NCBI GenBank assembly: GCA_017882285.1
Contig: JADGPS010000005.1
Location: 2,680-66,679, forward strand
DNA: 64,000 bases
Origin: Paludibacter sp.
GTDB lineage: Bacteria; Bacteroidota; Bacteroidia; Bacteroidales; Paludibacteraceae
Reading direction: 5' to 3'
In this document: piece by piece, positions 9,225-20,466 of the stretch
Numbering within the stretch: the stretch's first letter is position 1
How the letters are laid out: each line of letters begins with the position of its first letter
Translations under genes and position numbers: made by a program
Notes under the pieces: generated by a model
Told to the model about the DNA's origin: nothing
Seen by the model: the letters and a program-made list of their open reading frames with translations, nothing else
Database searches by the model: none

Positions 9225-12200
9225 ATGAGATTTAATGACTTTCTAGGAAAAATATTGGGAAATAAATCGCAACGGGACTTAAAGGAAATAACACCTTTTG
9301 TAGATAAAATCAAAGCGGTTTACGACGAAATAATAACACTTTCGAATGACGAATTGCGTGCTCGGAGCGAGAAACTTAAAATACAAATTCAGGATTATGT
9401 TGCACCGGAAGTGACAAAAGTTGCTGAATTGAAAGCTAGCATTGAAGAAACAGAAATTGATCTTCGCGAAAAGATTTACACTGAAATTGATAAGCTCGAA
9501 AAGGAAATCACTGAAAAATACGAAGTTATATTGGATGAAGTGTTGCCCGAAGCTTTCAGCATCATGAAAGATACTGCTCGACGCTTGACTGAAAATCCTG
9601 AAATTATAGTTACAGCGAATGATTTTGACCGCGAACTGGCAATTAAACACGATTTTGTAACCATACAAGGTGATAAAGCGCATTATAAAAACGAATGGAT
9701 TGCGGGTGGAACACTGATCAAGTGGGAAATGGTGCATTACGATGTGCAATTGTTTGGTGGTGTTGTACTTCATAAAGGTAAAATTTCTGAAATGGGAACC
9801 GGTGAAGGTAAAACGCTCGTAGCTACCCTTCCTGTTTTTCTAAACGCATTGACCCGCAATGGTGTACACGTGGTTACAGTAAACGATTATTTATCAAAAC
9901 GTGACTCGGAATGGATGGGGCCGTTGTATATGTTTCTTGGTTTGACGGTTGATTGTATCGATAAACACAGCCCAAATTCGGAAGAACGTCGTCAGGCATA
10001 CCTGGCTGATATTACATTTGGAACAAATAACGAATTTGGCTTCGATTATCTGCGCGATAACATGGCCACTGCACCACTCGATCTGGTTCAACGCAAACAT
10101 AATTATGCGATTGTGGATGAGGTTGACTCGGTTTTAATTGATGATGCCCGTACGCCTTTAATAATTTCCGGTCCTGTTCCAAAAGGTGAAGACCAATTGT
10201 TCGAAGAATTACGTTCAAAAGTTGAACGCTTAGTAAATACTCAAAAGTCGTTGGCAACCAAATACCTCGCCGATGCACGCAATCAACTGAAATCGGAAGA
10301 TAAAAAAGTACAAGAAGAAGGTGCGTTGGCATTGTTTCGTTCCTTCAAAGGAATGCCTAAAAATAAACCTTTGATTAAATACCTGAGTGAACCGGGGATT
10401 AAAGTGCTGTTGCTGAAAACGGAAGAGTTTTACATGCAGGAAAATAACAGGAACATGTACATTGCTACCGATCCGCTTTATTTTGTAATCGACGAGAAAA
10501 ATAATTCCATCGAACTGACAGACAAGGGAATCGATTTGATTACCGATAGCTCTGACGATGCTCATTTCTTTGTTTTGCCCGATGTTGGAAGTGAAATAGC
10601 CGAACTGGAAAAAAACAAAACCCTTTCAGCCGAAGAAAAACAATCACAAAAAGATGAAATCCTTCAAACCTATTCTGTAAAATCGGAACGTGTTCACACT
10701 ATCAATCAATTATTGAAAGCATACACTTTGTTCGAAAAAGATGTGGAATATGTGGTGATTGAGAATAAAGTAAAAATTGTGGATGAACAAACCGGACGTA
10801 TTATGGAAGGTCGTCGGTATTCCGACGGTTTGCATCAGGCAATTGAAGCGAAAGAACGCGTTGAAGTCGAAGCTGCTACTCAAACGTTTGCCACCATTAC
10901 TTTGCAGAATTACTTTCGTATGTACCACAAACTTTCAGGTATGACCGGTACGGCTGAAACCGAAGCCGGTGAGTTGTGGGATATTTACAAGCTTGATGTG
11001 GTTGTAATTCCAACCAATAGACCTGTTGTCCGTAATGATATGGAAGACCGCGTTTATAAGACTAAACGTGAAAAATATACCGCTGTTATTGAAGAAATTG
11101 ATCGGCTGGTAGCTGCCGGACGTCCTGTGCTTGTCGGAACAACTTCGGTGGAGATTTCCGAATTATTGAGTCGTATGCTTTCAGGTCGCAAAATAAAGCA
11201 TAATGTATTGAATGCCAAGTTACACCAACGTGAAGCTGAAATTGTAGCCGAAGCCGGTCAAAAAGGAACCGTAACCATTGCTACCAATATGGCAGGTCGT
11301 GGTACGGATATTAAATTGACCACCGAAGTACGCGATGCAGGCGGTTTGGCTATTGTTGGTACTGAACGCCACGAAAGCCGTCGTGTGGACCGCCAGTTAC
11401 GTGGACGTGCTGGTCGTCAGGGTGATCCGGGTTCTTCTATTTTCTATGTTTCGTTGGAAGATGATTTGATGCGTTTGTTTGGTTCTGAGCGTATTTCAGG
11501 TATTATGGACCGTCTTGGTTTTGAAGAAGGTGAAATGATTGAACATTCCATGATTTCAAAATCAATTGAACGTGCACAGAAAAAAGTAGAAGAAAATAAC
11601 TTCGGTATTCGTAAGCGATTGCTTGAGTATGACGATGTTATGAATTCACAACGCGAAGTGGTTTATTCCAAACGTCGCCATGCTTTAATGGGCGAACGCA
11701 TTGGGGTTGATATCACTAACATGATTTATGATACAGCCGAAAATATTGTTGAAAATGCTCGCAATAGCGGCGATTTTGAAGAACTTGAAATTGATTTATT
11801 GAAAGTTTATGCCACAGATTCTCCGTTTACCCAAGATGAATTTAATAGCACCAAAACCGCCACTTTAAGCGAGAATGTTGCCGAAGCAGCCATGGAAACC
11901 TTTAAACGTAAAATGGATAAACTGGCATCTATTGCTTTTCCGGTAATCAAACAAGTGTACGAACAAAAAGGTCAACAATATGAAAATATATTGATTCCTG
12001 TTTCGGATGGTAAACGTGTTTTCAATATTACCGCTCATTTGGAAACGGCTTATAAAAACGAAGCCCGTGAGGTGGTAAAAGCATTTGAAAAGCAAACTTT
12101 GCTTTATGTAATTGATGATGAATGGAAAGAACACCTTCGCCAGTTGGACGAATTACGAAATTCAGTACAAAATGCCAGCTACGAACAGAAAGATCCGCTG

Positions 12201-12530
12201 CTGATTTATAAACTGGAATCGTTTGGATTATTCAAAGAAATGATCGATTCTATCAATCGTAAAGTGTTGGCTATTTTGTCGCGTGGTCAGATTCCAATGC
12301 GTGAGCCGGAACAGGTTCGCGAAGCCAGACCAACCCAGCGCATGGATTTGAGCAAATATAGAACTCAAAAAGCTGATGTAGGAGGAGGCAGCATCGATGA
12401 TCCGACCAAACAGGATACGCGTGAAAAACAACGACCTGAACCTATCCATGTTGATAAAAAACCGGGTCGTAATGAACCCTGTCCTTGCGGAAGCGGCAAA
12501 AAATATAAAAACTGTCACGGAGCGAATTAA
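9225..12530 (+). CDS. secA: Preprotein translocase subunit SecA
   Basis: [29 protein letters not shown]-terminal [22 protein letters not shown]. Confidence 0.98.
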   Translation: MRFNDFLGKILGNKSQRDLKEITPFVDKIKAVYDEIITLSNDELRARSEKLKIQIQDYVAPEVTKVAELKASIEETEIDLREKIYTEIDKLEKEITEKYEVILDEVLPEAFSIMKDTARRLTENPEIIVTANDFDRELAIKHDFVTIQGDKAHYKNEWIAGGTLIKWEMVHYDVQLFGGVVLHKGKISEMGTGEGKTLVATLPVFLNALTRNGVHVVTVNDYLSKRDSEWMGPLYMFLGLTVDCIDKHSPNSEERRQAYLADITFGTNNEFGFDYLRDNMATAPLDLVQRKHNYAIVDEVDSVLIDDARTPLIISGPVPKGEDQLFEELRSKVERLVNTQKSLATKYLADARNQLKSEDKKVQEEGALALFRSFKGMPKNKPLIKYLSEPGIKVLLLKTEEFYMQENNRNMYIATDPLYFVIDEKNNSIELTDKGIDLITDSSDDAHFFVLPDVGSEIAELEKNKTLSAEEKQSQKDEILQTYSVKSERVHTINQLLKAYTLFEKDVEYVVIENKVKIVDEQTGRIMEGRRYSDGLHQAIEAKERVEVEAATQTFATITLQNYFRMYHKLSGMTGTAETEAGELWDIYKLDVVVIPTNRPVVRNDMEDRVYKTKREKYTAVIEEIDRLVAAGRPVLVGTTSVEISELLSRMLSGRKIKHNVLNAKLHQREAEIVAEAGQKGTVTIATNMAGRGTDIKLTTEVRDAGGLAIVGTERHESRRVDRQLRGRAGRQGDPGSSIFYVSLEDDLMRLFGSERISGIMDRLGFEEGEMIEHSMISKSIERAQKKVEENNFGIRKRLLEYDDVMNSQREVVYSKRRHALMGERIGVDITNMIYDTAENIVENARNSGDFEELEIDLLKVYATDSPFTQDEFNSTKTATLSENVAEAAMETFKRKMDKLASIAFPVIKQVYEQKGQQYENILIPVSDGKRVFNITAHLETAYKNEAREVVKAFEKQTLLYVIDDEWKEHLRQLDELRNSVQNASYEQKDPLLIYKLESFGLFKEMIDSINRKVLAILSRGQIPMREPEQVREARPTQRMDLSKYRTQKADVGGGSIDDPTKQDTREKQRPEPIHVDKKPGRNEPCPCGSGKKYKNCHGAN

Positions 12531-12610
12531 TTCATAGTTCATAATTTATAATTCATAATTTGCTATGCAATAAATATTGCCGAAGGCAAAGAACTTTTAA
12601 ACTTTATAAA

Positions 12611-12629
12611 CCTGCCTACCGCAGGCAGG
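12611..12629. repeat. REP-like palindrome CCTGCCTACCGCAGGCAGG (family A)
   Basis: 7-bp arms; about 60 bp including flanks matches 41980-42040 in reverse complement. Confidence 0.85.
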
Positions 12630-12656
12630 CTTTCAAACTTTATAAACTAAGAAATT

Positions 12657-13511
12657 ATGCTTTTAAATTTTATTACCTGGAATGTTGATCCTGTACTATT
12701 TCATCTCGGACCATTATCCGTTCGTTGGTACGGATTACTTTGGGCTTTAGGTATTTATGCTACCTTAATGATTGTTCAAAAGCTATTCAAACACGAGAAA
12801 CTTCCTGAAGTGTGGCTTGATAAATTGTTTATTTACACGGTTATAGGAGCCATCCTTGGCGCACGACTTGGTCATTGTTTTTTCTATGAATGGAAGCAAT
12901 TACCTGAACCGGTAACTTTTCTCGGAATTACATTCACATACGGAAATTATTACCTTTCGCATCCCTGGGAATTATTATATATCTGGCATGGCGGATTAGC
13001 TAGTCATGGAGGTGCTATTGGAATTCTGATTGCCATGTATTTTTTCAATAAAAATGTATCTAAGAAAGGCTATGTCTGGATATTCGACCGTTTGGTAATT
13101 GGCGTTGCCATTTGTGGGGCGGCAATTCGTTTGGGAAACCTGATGAATTCTGAAATTTACGGAGGTCCTACTTCCCTACCCTGGGGATTTATTTTCGTTC
13201 GCGATGGACAAACTCAACCCATGCATCCGACTCAGATTTATGAAATGCTTTATTGCCTGATAACTTTTGCAATAGTTTGGTGGTTGTATTGGAAAAAAGA
13301 AGCTTATAAAAAGAACGGTCTGATTTTCGGCGTTTTTCTGATTGGAATTTTCGGATCGCGCTTTGGTTTGGAGTTTATTAAAAATGCTCAGGAAGCTTTT
13401 GAATCAAATTTCCCTTTAAACATGGGTCAAATGTTAAGTTTGCCTTTTATTATTTGGGGAATATGGCTGATTTACAGAAGTCTGAAAACTCCAATTTCTG
13501 TAAAATCATAA
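12657..13511 (+). CDS. lgt: Prolipoprotein diacylglyceryl transferase
   Basis: VRWYGL, GARLGH, GGLASHGG, RLGNLMNSEIYG, HPTQIYE. Confidence 0.96.
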   Translation: MLLNFITWNVDPVLFHLGPLSVRWYGLLWALGIYATLMIVQKLFKHEKLPEVWLDKLFIYTVIGAILGARLGHCFFYEWKQLPEPVTFLGITFTYGNYYLSHPWELLYIWHGGLASHGGAIGILIAMYFFNKNVSKKGYVWIFDRLVIGVAICGAAIRLGNLMNSEIYGGPTSLPWGFIFVRDGQTQPMHPTQIYEMLYCLITFAIVWWLYWKKEAYKKNGLIFGVFLIGIFGSRFGLEFIKNAQEAFESNFPLNMGQMLSLPFIIWGIWLIYRSLKTPISVKS

Positions 13512-13514
13512 ATC

Positions 13515-14315
13515 ATGCGTGTTCTGCCGATTTTAATTTCAATTATTCTTTTTGGCAATAATCTGGTTGCACAAAACGATTCACTGAAAGTAATTGATTC
13601 GGTTTCGGTTAATTCTCCGATTTCTCAAAAAAATTGGTTTCAATCACGCTATATTCAGGAAAGTATTGTGCCGGTTAGTTTAGCATTGGGAAGTGTTGCC
13701 ATCATAAGTATCCCCGGTTTAAAAGAAAGACTTCAAAAACCTTTTAGTTGGAATTCTGCACATAATATTAATTTGTCGCTTGATAAATTACCTCATGACT
13801 TTCTTTTAGAAGACGAAATGAGATATGTTCCAGCTGTAGCTGCTTATGCCATAAGTCTTTGCGGTGTAAAATCGCAGCATAAATTTATTGATAAAACTGT
13901 GATTTTGGCGGTATCATATATTGCGAGTGATTTTGTGGTGAATAATACTAAAAACTTAACTAAATCACTCCGACCCGGTCGTGATGCCACTTCAACTGAC
14001 AGTTATTCGCTTCCTTCACAGCATACTGCCATGGCTTTTGTGGCTGCCACTTTTTTAGATCACGAATTAGGCTATATCAGTCCGTGGATTTCAGTTGGTG
14101 GTTATGCTGTAGCAACATGGGTTGGAATTGCACGGGTAGCTAATAATGATCATTGGACCAGCGATGTATTGATGGGAGCTGCCGTAGGAATTCTGATGAC
14201 GAATGCCACCTACTGGGCTTATGACGGAGTAATGAAGCTTTTCCCAAAAAAACTTACCATTTCACCCCTGATCGATTCACAACAAACCGGTTTGTATTTT
14301 TGTTATAAATTTTAA
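13515..14315 (+). CDS. PAP2 family phosphatase with signal peptide
   Basis: K..KSLRP, SLPSQHTAMAF, RVANNDHWTSDV motifs. Confidence 0.85.
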   Translation: MRVLPILISIILFGNNLVAQNDSLKVIDSVSVNSPISQKNWFQSRYIQESIVPVSLALGSVAIISIPGLKERLQKPFSWNSAHNINLSLDKLPHDFLLEDEMRYVPAVAAYAISLCGVKSQHKFIDKTVILAVSYIASDFVVNNTKNLTKSLRPGRDATSTDSYSLPSQHTAMAFVAATFLDHELGYISPWISVGGYAVATWVGIARVANNDHWTSDVLMGAAVGILMTNATYWAYDGVMKLFPKKLTISPLIDSQQTGLYFCYKF

Positions 14316-14341
14316 ATTCTTTTGGTTGCAAATTATTAAAT

Positions 14342-15097
14342 ATGAGCAAAATAAAAAACGAATCAGATTTTACGAAAGTAAAACCCTACAATCAGGACGA
14401 AGAAAAAACGGCGCAACTTGCCCGAATGTTTAACACCATTTCCGATAAATACGACCAATTCAATGATATCATGTCGTGGGGAATGGCACGGGTTTGGCGT
14501 AGAAAATCCTTATTGAAATTAAAACAATATAATCCTAAACGAATTCTCGATATTGCAGCCGGTACGGCTGATATGTGCATTAAATCTTATAAATACCTGA
14601 ATCCTGATCATGTTACAGGAGTTGATATTTCGGATAAAATGCTGGAAATGGGTCGATTTAAAGTAGAAAAAGCAAACTTAGGTGATAAAATTGATTTGGA
14701 AGTTCAGGATGTTTCTTCATTGAAATTTGAAAATGAGAGCTTTGATGCAGCAACGATTGCTTTCGGCATTCGGAATTTCGAGAAATTGAATGAAAGTTTA
14801 CAACAAATTTATCGTGTGTTGAAACCAAACGGACATTTGTTGATTCTGGAAATGAATGAACCGCAAAAAGGATTGTTATTTAAAGGTTATCAGCTTTATA
14901 CAAAAATATTTGTCCGACTGACGGCCAAATACTTATCGAGTGATAAAGTAGCTTACGACTACTTGCAGGCATCGATGCATGCGTTCCCGAATGGAGAGAA
15001 ATTAATAGGAATTTTAGAAGAAAATGGATTTAAATTAAATATTTACCACAAATTTACTTTTGGGGTTTGTAGTATGTATTTAGTTGAAAAGCAATAG
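14342..15097 (+). CDS. ubiE: Demethylmenaquinone methyltransferase UbiE/MenG family
   Basis: MFNTISDKYDQFNDIMSWG, ILDIAAGTAD, AFGIRNF, ILEM. Confidence 0.88.
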   Translation: MSKIKNESDFTKVKPYNQDEEKTAQLARMFNTISDKYDQFNDIMSWGMARVWRRKSLLKLKQYNPKRILDIAAGTADMCIKSYKYLNPDHVTGVDISDKMLEMGRFKVEKANLGDKIDLEVQDVSSLKFENESFDAATIAFGIRNFEKLNESLQQIYRVLKPNGHLLILEMNEPQKGLLFKGYQLYTKIFVRLTAKYLSSDKVAYDYLQASMHAFPNGEKLIGILEENGFKLNIYHKFTFGVCSMYLVEKQ

Positions 15098-15098
15098 A

Positions 15099-16391
15099 TT
15101 AATTACCAACACCTCTCAATAAATTTATATCGCCCTTTCTTAATTTCTCTCCTGTTCTTTCTTTTGTTATAGGATTTGGTTTTGAATTTGGGTCGAAGTC
15201 AGAACCGTAAGCTTTTATCACATAAAAATAAGGTCCGGCAACTGCATCTTTACCGTTTATTTTGCCGTCCCAACCTTTTGTTGGGTCTGTCCAGGTAAAA
15301 ACTAATCTTCCCCACCGGTTATAAACCCAACATTGAAAACTGATTAATGACTTATATGCAACCCGAAATTCATTATTAAAAATATCTCCATTAGGAGTAA
15401 ACACATTGGGAACCCAAATATCTGATTCAGAAACAGTAACAGTAATTGAATCAGAAAATGAACAAGTGCTGTTACTAACCGTAACTTTAACTTTATATGT
15501 TCCGGCTTGTGTAAATGTATATCGATGATCCTTATCTGTTCTGTTGATAACTAATTTATTGTCTTGATAAATGCCCCAGTTATAATATTGCGTAATCGGT
15601 TCATTTGCGTTACTCAAGAACTGTATATCCAATGGTGCTGAACCACTTACCTGAGATGCTTGAGATGGTCTTTCAGCCTCATTCTTTGCATCCCGAATCG
15701 TTACGATTGAAGTAGCATGACAAATTACAGCTACCGACGTATATTGTGAACTTGAAATACTAATTGGAGCCAATCCCAAATCGGTTGCAAACTGATCACC
15801 CGAAAGCGTAAAACTTGTATTACAAAAAGGCGCAGGAACTGATTTTTGAGTTGCTGATAATATTAAAGTTTGTATGGTATCAATTTGCTTCCATGAGGTC
15901 GTTTTGTCATCCCATGTAAGTGTTTTATATTTAATGCTAAAATCTCTTATAAGTATATGTGGATTCCCATCGACAGATTTATAGGTTAACTGAGGAACAT
16001 TCGCATCAATCAATAGTTTTACTTCTTCGCATTGCGAACCTGGATTATTTTCAGGTTCAATAGTACTTAAAACCGGAAGATTATTTTTATAATCAATCAC
16101 CCAAATATGTGTTACTTTGCCATCAACATTTAATATATATCCGGTGGCATCATCGGGCGAAATATAGGATTGATTGCTGATTGAAATAGTGGGATCAGTA
16201 AATTTATACCAATTAATGCTAGTTCCTGTTCCGGTGTAAGTAATTTCAGTTGAAGGGGTTATTCCATTAAAAACAAAAACATAATCGATTCCTGAAAAAG
16301 AAGTATAGAATTTACCTGAATTTGAGGTTAGTTGCGCAGTTGCAATCAATGCAATAGAAAAAAGGCAAATCGACAAAATGGTTTTTCTCAT
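15099..16391 (-). CDS. PKD-domain protein with T9SS type-B (gliding-motility C-terminal) sorting domain
   Basis: Probable start MRKTIL at 16391; PKD-like YTFTQAGTYKVKVTV; PNVFTPNGD, YNRWG, GWDG, YFY type-B CTD. Confidence 0.85.
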   Translation of the reverse strand: MRKTILSICLFSIALIATAQLTSNSGKFYTSFSGIDYVFVFNGITPSTEITYTGTGTSINWYKFTDPTISISNQSYISPDDATGYILNVDGKVTHIWVIDYKNNLPVLSTIEPENNPGSQCEEVKLLIDANVPQLTYKSVDGNPHILIRDFSIKYKTLTWDDKTTSWKQIDTIQTLILSATQKSVPAPFCNTSFTLSGDQFATDLGLAPISISSSQYTSVAVICHATSIVTIRDAKNEAERPSQASQVSGSAPLDIQFLSNANEPITQYYNWGIYQDNKLVINRTDKDHRYTFTQAGTYKVKVTVSNSTCSFSDSITVTVSESDIWVPNVFTPNGDIFNNEFRVAYKSLISFQCWVYNRWGRLVFTWTDPTKGWDGKINGKDAVAGPYFYVIKAYGSDFDPNSKPNPITKERTGEKLRKGDINLLRGVGN

Positions 16392-16556
16392 GGATGATGC
16401 GTAAAAATTGCTGAAATTATTTATCGTATGCAAATGTACATCTTTCTTATGAATAACAAAAAAAACGCCGAATTATTACCCTGAATCATTTGATAAACTA
16501 TATTTTTAGTATTTTTGTATTTCCAATAAAAATATCATTTGGTAACAGCAAATACA

Positions 16557-18368
16557 ATGAAAAAGAAACTATTTAGTTTGATGCTGACAGGCTTTATCCT
16601 ACTATCTTTCGCTACAGTTGGTCAAAAAGATAATTATCCGATAAGAAAAATCAAAGGCATTGAATATTATGTATATACAGTTCAAGCCAGTGAAGGATTA
16701 TTAGCTATTGGCAGGAAATTTGAAATTTCGCCCGAAGAAATCAGCAAGTTAAATCCTGAAATTCAAAATGGTCTGAAAGCTGGACAGGAAATACTAATTC
16801 AGATTCAGAAAAAATCAACCAAGAAAACAGAAAGCAAATCAAATCTGGACTTTATTCAACACAAGGTTGAAAAGAAGCAAACTCTTTTTGCAATTAGTCA
16901 TAAATACAGTGTCAGTCAAGAAGATATAAAGAAATTTAACCCCAACATTAAAACCGGATTGAGCGAAGGAATGATATTAAATATTCCTGATTCAACCAAA
17001 ATTAAAAAGCAGAAAGAAGCTGAAAATAAACAAATTTTTAAGCACAACACTACAGTATCAATAAAAAAACAGCAATTAATTACCCACAAAGTCAAGAAAA
17101 CCGAAACATTATTCTCAATTTGCAAACAATATAATGTCGATATTAACGAAGTTATCAGATTAAATCCGGGTTCAGAAACTAAAATTTCGGTTGGTTCAGA
17201 ATTAAAAATTCCAACAAATTCTGATATTTCAAAACAGAAAGAACAGAACAAAGAAAATGTTGAAAATAGTTTGAAATCAACGGTCGATATCAATAAATAC
17301 GTTGAGAAACCAAATAAAACGCAATATGCTGGAAATAAGAATATTCGTATTGCATTTTTGTTGCCGTTTATGCTTGATCAGGCTAAAAAAGAACTTGCTT
17401 TGGAGCGTTTTCAAAATTTTTATGCCGGAGCATTGTTAGCCATTCAATCTGCAAAAGAAAAAGGAATTTCATTTGAAATTTACACTTATGACACGGATAA
17501 AACCGAAGAAAAAATGACGGAAGTCCTGAATAATTCGGAATTAAAAACAATGGATTTAATTATAGGACCGGCTTTCAGCAATCAGGTGGACTTGGTTGCA
17601 AATTTTGCAAAAGGATCTAAAATAAAAACGTTAATCCCATTTACTTCAAAAGTACCTGATATTGAGAATAATCCATATCTTTTTCAATTCAATCCCGGTT
17701 CGGATACTGAATTAAAATATATGTTCGAGTTGATTAATGGGAAATTGAAAAATATACACTTCGTTTTTGCCGAAGTTCAGGGCGTTAGTCCGTTAGATGA
17801 TGGAAAAATCAGAGAAGAATCGTTAAAAATTGAACTTGCACGCCAGAGAAAATCATTTGGTATCATTGAATTAGGTTCGTCGGAGAATATTAATTTTAGT
17901 TCTGAATTAAAAAAAGGAGAAAAAAATCTGATAATTTTTGATACTGACAAATACTCAAATGTTAACGCATATATAAAAGCATTACTTTCAACGTCATCAG
18001 AATATGAAATTGTATTATTTGAACAATATAGTTGGAATAGTCAAATAGAAAAAAAACTGGAAAGTATTTATATTTCTCCTTTTATTTCAAATTTAAATGA
18101 ACAGTTGGTTGATGAGTACAACACCCGATTTGATCAATTCTTCGGAAAAGATGTTACAAACGATTCACCCCGATACGATATTTTGGGTTACGATTTGACC
18201 AATTATTTTATTACTTATATTAATCGGTTTGGGAATAAATTTGACACTAAAATAGGTTCTGTACATTCAATTCCAGGTATTCAATCTCAACCTTTATTCG
18301 AACGGATTTCAAATGAATCGGGATTTATAAATCAACGCGTTTATTTATCCGAAGAAAAAACACAATAA
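16557..18368 (+). CDS. LysM-repeat (x3) protein with periplasmic-binding-like C-terminal domain
   Basis: Three LysM-type repeats (YTVQASEGLLAIG, HKVEKKQTLFAIS, HKVKKTETLFSIC); IAFLLPF, DLIIGP; probable start MKKKLF at 16557. Confidence 0.85.
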   Translation: MKKKLFSLMLTGFILLSFATVGQKDNYPIRKIKGIEYYVYTVQASEGLLAIGRKFEISPEEISKLNPEIQNGLKAGQEILIQIQKKSTKKTESKSNLDFIQHKVEKKQTLFAISHKYSVSQEDIKKFNPNIKTGLSEGMILNIPDSTKIKKQKEAENKQIFKHNTTVSIKKQQLITHKVKKTETLFSICKQYNVDINEVIRLNPGSETKISVGSELKIPTNSDISKQKEQNKENVENSLKSTVDINKYVEKPNKTQYAGNKNIRIAFLLPFMLDQAKKELALERFQNFYAGALLAIQSAKEKGISFEIYTYDTDKTEEKMTEVLNNSELKTMDLIIGPAFSNQVDLVANFAKGSKIKTLIPFTSKVPDIENNPYLFQFNPGSDTELKYMFELINGKLKNIHFVFAEVQGVSPLDDGKIREESLKIELARQRKSFGIIELGSSENINFSSELKKGEKNLIIFDTDKYSNVNAYIKALLSTSSEYEIVLFEQYSWNSQIEKKLESIYISPFISNLNEQLVDEYNTRFDQFFGKDVTNDSPRYDILGYDLTNYFITYINRFGNKFDTKIGSVHSIPGIQSQPLFERISNESGFINQRVYLSEEKTQ

Positions 18369-18389
18369 ATAAATCTGAAAAATTATTTT

Positions 18390-19013
18390 ATGCGTAAACT
18401 CTTTATTCTCATATTTATAGCTATTAATGCAACACTCTCAGCTCAGGCAAGGCTTGATAACCCGGAAGTGTATGTGGGAGCTAACTTTGGTGTAACTGAA
18501 TCAATGGTTATGTTTACTCCTTCAGTAAGTCAAGGATTTTTAATGGGTTATAACGGTGGTATTGTTTTCCGGTATATTGCGGAGAAATATGTCGGTATGC
18601 AGGCCGAAATAAATTACAGTCAACGCGGTTGGACAGAATCTTCGGGTTTATACACACGTCAATTAAATTATATCGAACTCCCTTTTATGACTCATATTTA
18701 CATGGGCAAAAAGAGTCGTTTTTTTATCAATATCGGCCCAAAAGTAAGTTATTTACTTTCCGAAAAAGTAGTTTTAAATCAAAGTACTACTTCAGACACT
18801 CAACATATTACTGCCATTCAAAATCCTTTTGATTATGGACTTTGTGGTGGTTTAGGTTTGCTTTTCAATATAAAAGGAAATATTATTCAGCTTGAAACCC
18901 GCACCTATTATGGATTTAGTGATGTGTTTTCAAATAAGAAAACCGATTATTTCAGTAAATCCAATAATTTTAATTTAGCTGTTAATCTTGCCTGGATTTT
19001 ACAGATTAAATAA
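18390..19013 (+). CDS. Outer-membrane beta-barrel (PorT-like porin family)
   Basis: Signal peptide; GMQAEINYSQRGW, LNYIELP, FINIGP; alternating beta-strands. Confidence 0.75.
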   Translation: MRKLFILIFIAINATLSAQARLDNPEVYVGANFGVTESMVMFTPSVSQGFLMGYNGGIVFRYIAEKYVGMQAEINYSQRGWTESSGLYTRQLNYIELPFMTHIYMGKKSRFFINIGPKVSYLLSEKVVLNQSTTSDTQHITAIQNPFDYGLCGGLGLLFNIKGNIIQLETRTYYGFSDVFSNKKTDYFSKSNNFNLAVNLAWILQIK

Positions 19014-19034
19014 TAAAAAATTTGTTAGAAAGTT

Positions 19035-19156
19035 TACATTTTCAAAGTTTGCCAGGGCACGGAAGCAGAAAGAACACAGCGATTTATACACATATCACTA
19101 CCAAAGGTTTTGAAGAGAAAAAAAGTCCGTTAGACAACTTGAAGATTTATGAATAA
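19035..19156 (+). pseudogene. Tyrosine recombinase/integrase extreme C-terminal remnant
   Basis: YI-(2-nt slip)-QSLPGHGSRKNTAIYTHITTKGFEEKKSPLDNLKIYE*, matching the LGH...T.IYTH...SPLD end of Bacteroidota XerD/IntI-like integrases. Confidence 0.8.
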
Positions 19157-19423
19157 AACACTTGTTATGTAAAAATATAATATTATTTTTGGAAATTAAA
19201 TCAAATATCATAATAGAAATCAACATAATTGTATTTATTACAAATTTGGATATGTGGAACTGCATAAAATTTATAAATTTATATAACTATTTGAATTTAT
19301 GCGGAATAATATATTTAGATTATAAAGATAAGGCGAAAATAGGTGGAACTGATTCCGGATACAGAAATTGAGATGAAGATACACAGATGTTATAGGGCAT
19401 TTTAAAGAGACCGAAAAAAATCG

Positions 19424-19431
19424 TACATTTG
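19424..19431 (+). promoter_or_regulatory. -7 box (TACATTTG) 4 nt before the DUF488 ATG; likely leaderless transcript
   Basis: TAnnTTTG ends at 19431, ATG at 19436. Confidence 0.5.
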
Positions 19432-19435
19432 AAGT

Positions 19436-19987
19436 ATGAAAGAGGCAACAATATATTCTATAGGACACGGCAACAAAAAAATTGAGGACTTCATTAATGA
19501 ACTTAAGTCTTTCAATATTCTGTTTCTGCTTGACATTCGGTCAAAACCATTTTCAAAATGGAATCCTCAGTTTAATCAAAATGAACTAAAATTCAAAATA
19601 GAAGAAAATGGGATAAAATACGTTTATGTTGGTGACACGTTGGGTGGTCTTCCAGAAGACAGAACTTGCTATGATTACAATGGAAAAGTGGTTTATGACC
19701 TTATTAAGGAAAAGAATTTTTTTAAAGAGGGCTTAGAGAGACTTATAATTGCGAACGATAAAAATATAAATCTTGCAATCATGTGTAGTGAATCAAACCC
19801 TGAAGAATGCCATAGAAGTAAGTTAATTGGACAAGAATTACTCAAAAAGAAAATTTCTTTAAAACATATAATTTCAAACAAAGTTATTAAATCACAAGAA
19901 ATTGTGATGATTGAGTTAACAAAAGGCAAGGGAACAGTTGACCTTTTTGGTAATGAAATGGACTTTAGATCTCGCAAATCATACTAA
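19436..19987 (+). CDS. DUF488 family protein (copy 1)
   Basis: IYSIGHG, LLDIRSKPFS, LGG, AIMCSESNPEECHRSKLI. Confidence 0.88.
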   Translation: MKEATIYSIGHGNKKIEDFINELKSFNILFLLDIRSKPFSKWNPQFNQNELKFKIEENGIKYVYVGDTLGGLPEDRTCYDYNGKVVYDLIKEKNFFKEGLERLIIANDKNINLAIMCSESNPEECHRSKLIGQELLKKKISLKHIISNKVIKSQEIVMIELTKGKGTVDLFGNEMDFRSRKSY

Positions 19988-19989
19988 AT

Positions 19990-20466
19990 ATGAAATTTTT
20001 CACAATTGGAGTTTATAACTCAACAGAGCAAGAATATTTCAAAAAGCTCACTGATAATAATATTGATACTTTTTGTGATATTCGACAACGCAGAGGAGTT
20101 CGAGGCTCTCAATATGCCTTTGTAAACAGTAATAGGCTTCAGGCAAGGCTTAATGAGCTTGATATTAAATACGGACATATTATTGACCTTGCTCCAACAA
20201 CTGATATTAGAGAACTTCAAAAAGAAGTTGATAATCAGCAGGGTGAACTCAAAAGAGACAGAAACAAATTAGGTCAGGTTTTTACCATAGCTTATAAAGA
20301 CAGAATTTTGAGCAAATTCGATTTTGAGTCTTTTATAGACAAGTTAGATGAAGTTGGTGCAAATAAAGTTGTTTTGTTTTGTGTGGAGGAAAAGCCAGAA
20401 GCTTGTCATAGATCGATTGTGACTGACAAATTGGAAAAACTCGGATACGATATAACTCACTTATAA
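19990..20466 (+). CDS. DUF488 family protein (copy 2)
   Basis: FFTIGVY, FCDIRQRRGVRG, VLFCVEEKPEACHRSIV; starts 2 nt after the upstream stop. Confidence 0.85.
   Translation: MKFFTIGVYNSTEQEYFKKLTDNNIDTFCDIRQRRGVRGSQYAFVNSNRLQARLNELDIKYGHIIDLAPTTDIRELQKEVDNQQGELKRDRNKLGQVFTIAYKDRILSKFDFESFIDKLDEVGANKVVLFCVEEKPEACHRSIVTDKLEKLGYDITHL

Noticed and set aside
19162-19371. 69-aa ORF upstream of DUF488
   Set aside because: TTG start, Ile/Asn-rich composition typical of AT-rich non-coding DNA, and it overlaps the attI-like spacer
19377-19439. Short frame RYTDVIGHFKETEKNRTFEV* overlapping the DUF488 ATG as a lost fourth gene
   Set aside because: Only 20 codons after a stop, no start codon, no recognisable motif; it also contains the promoter box
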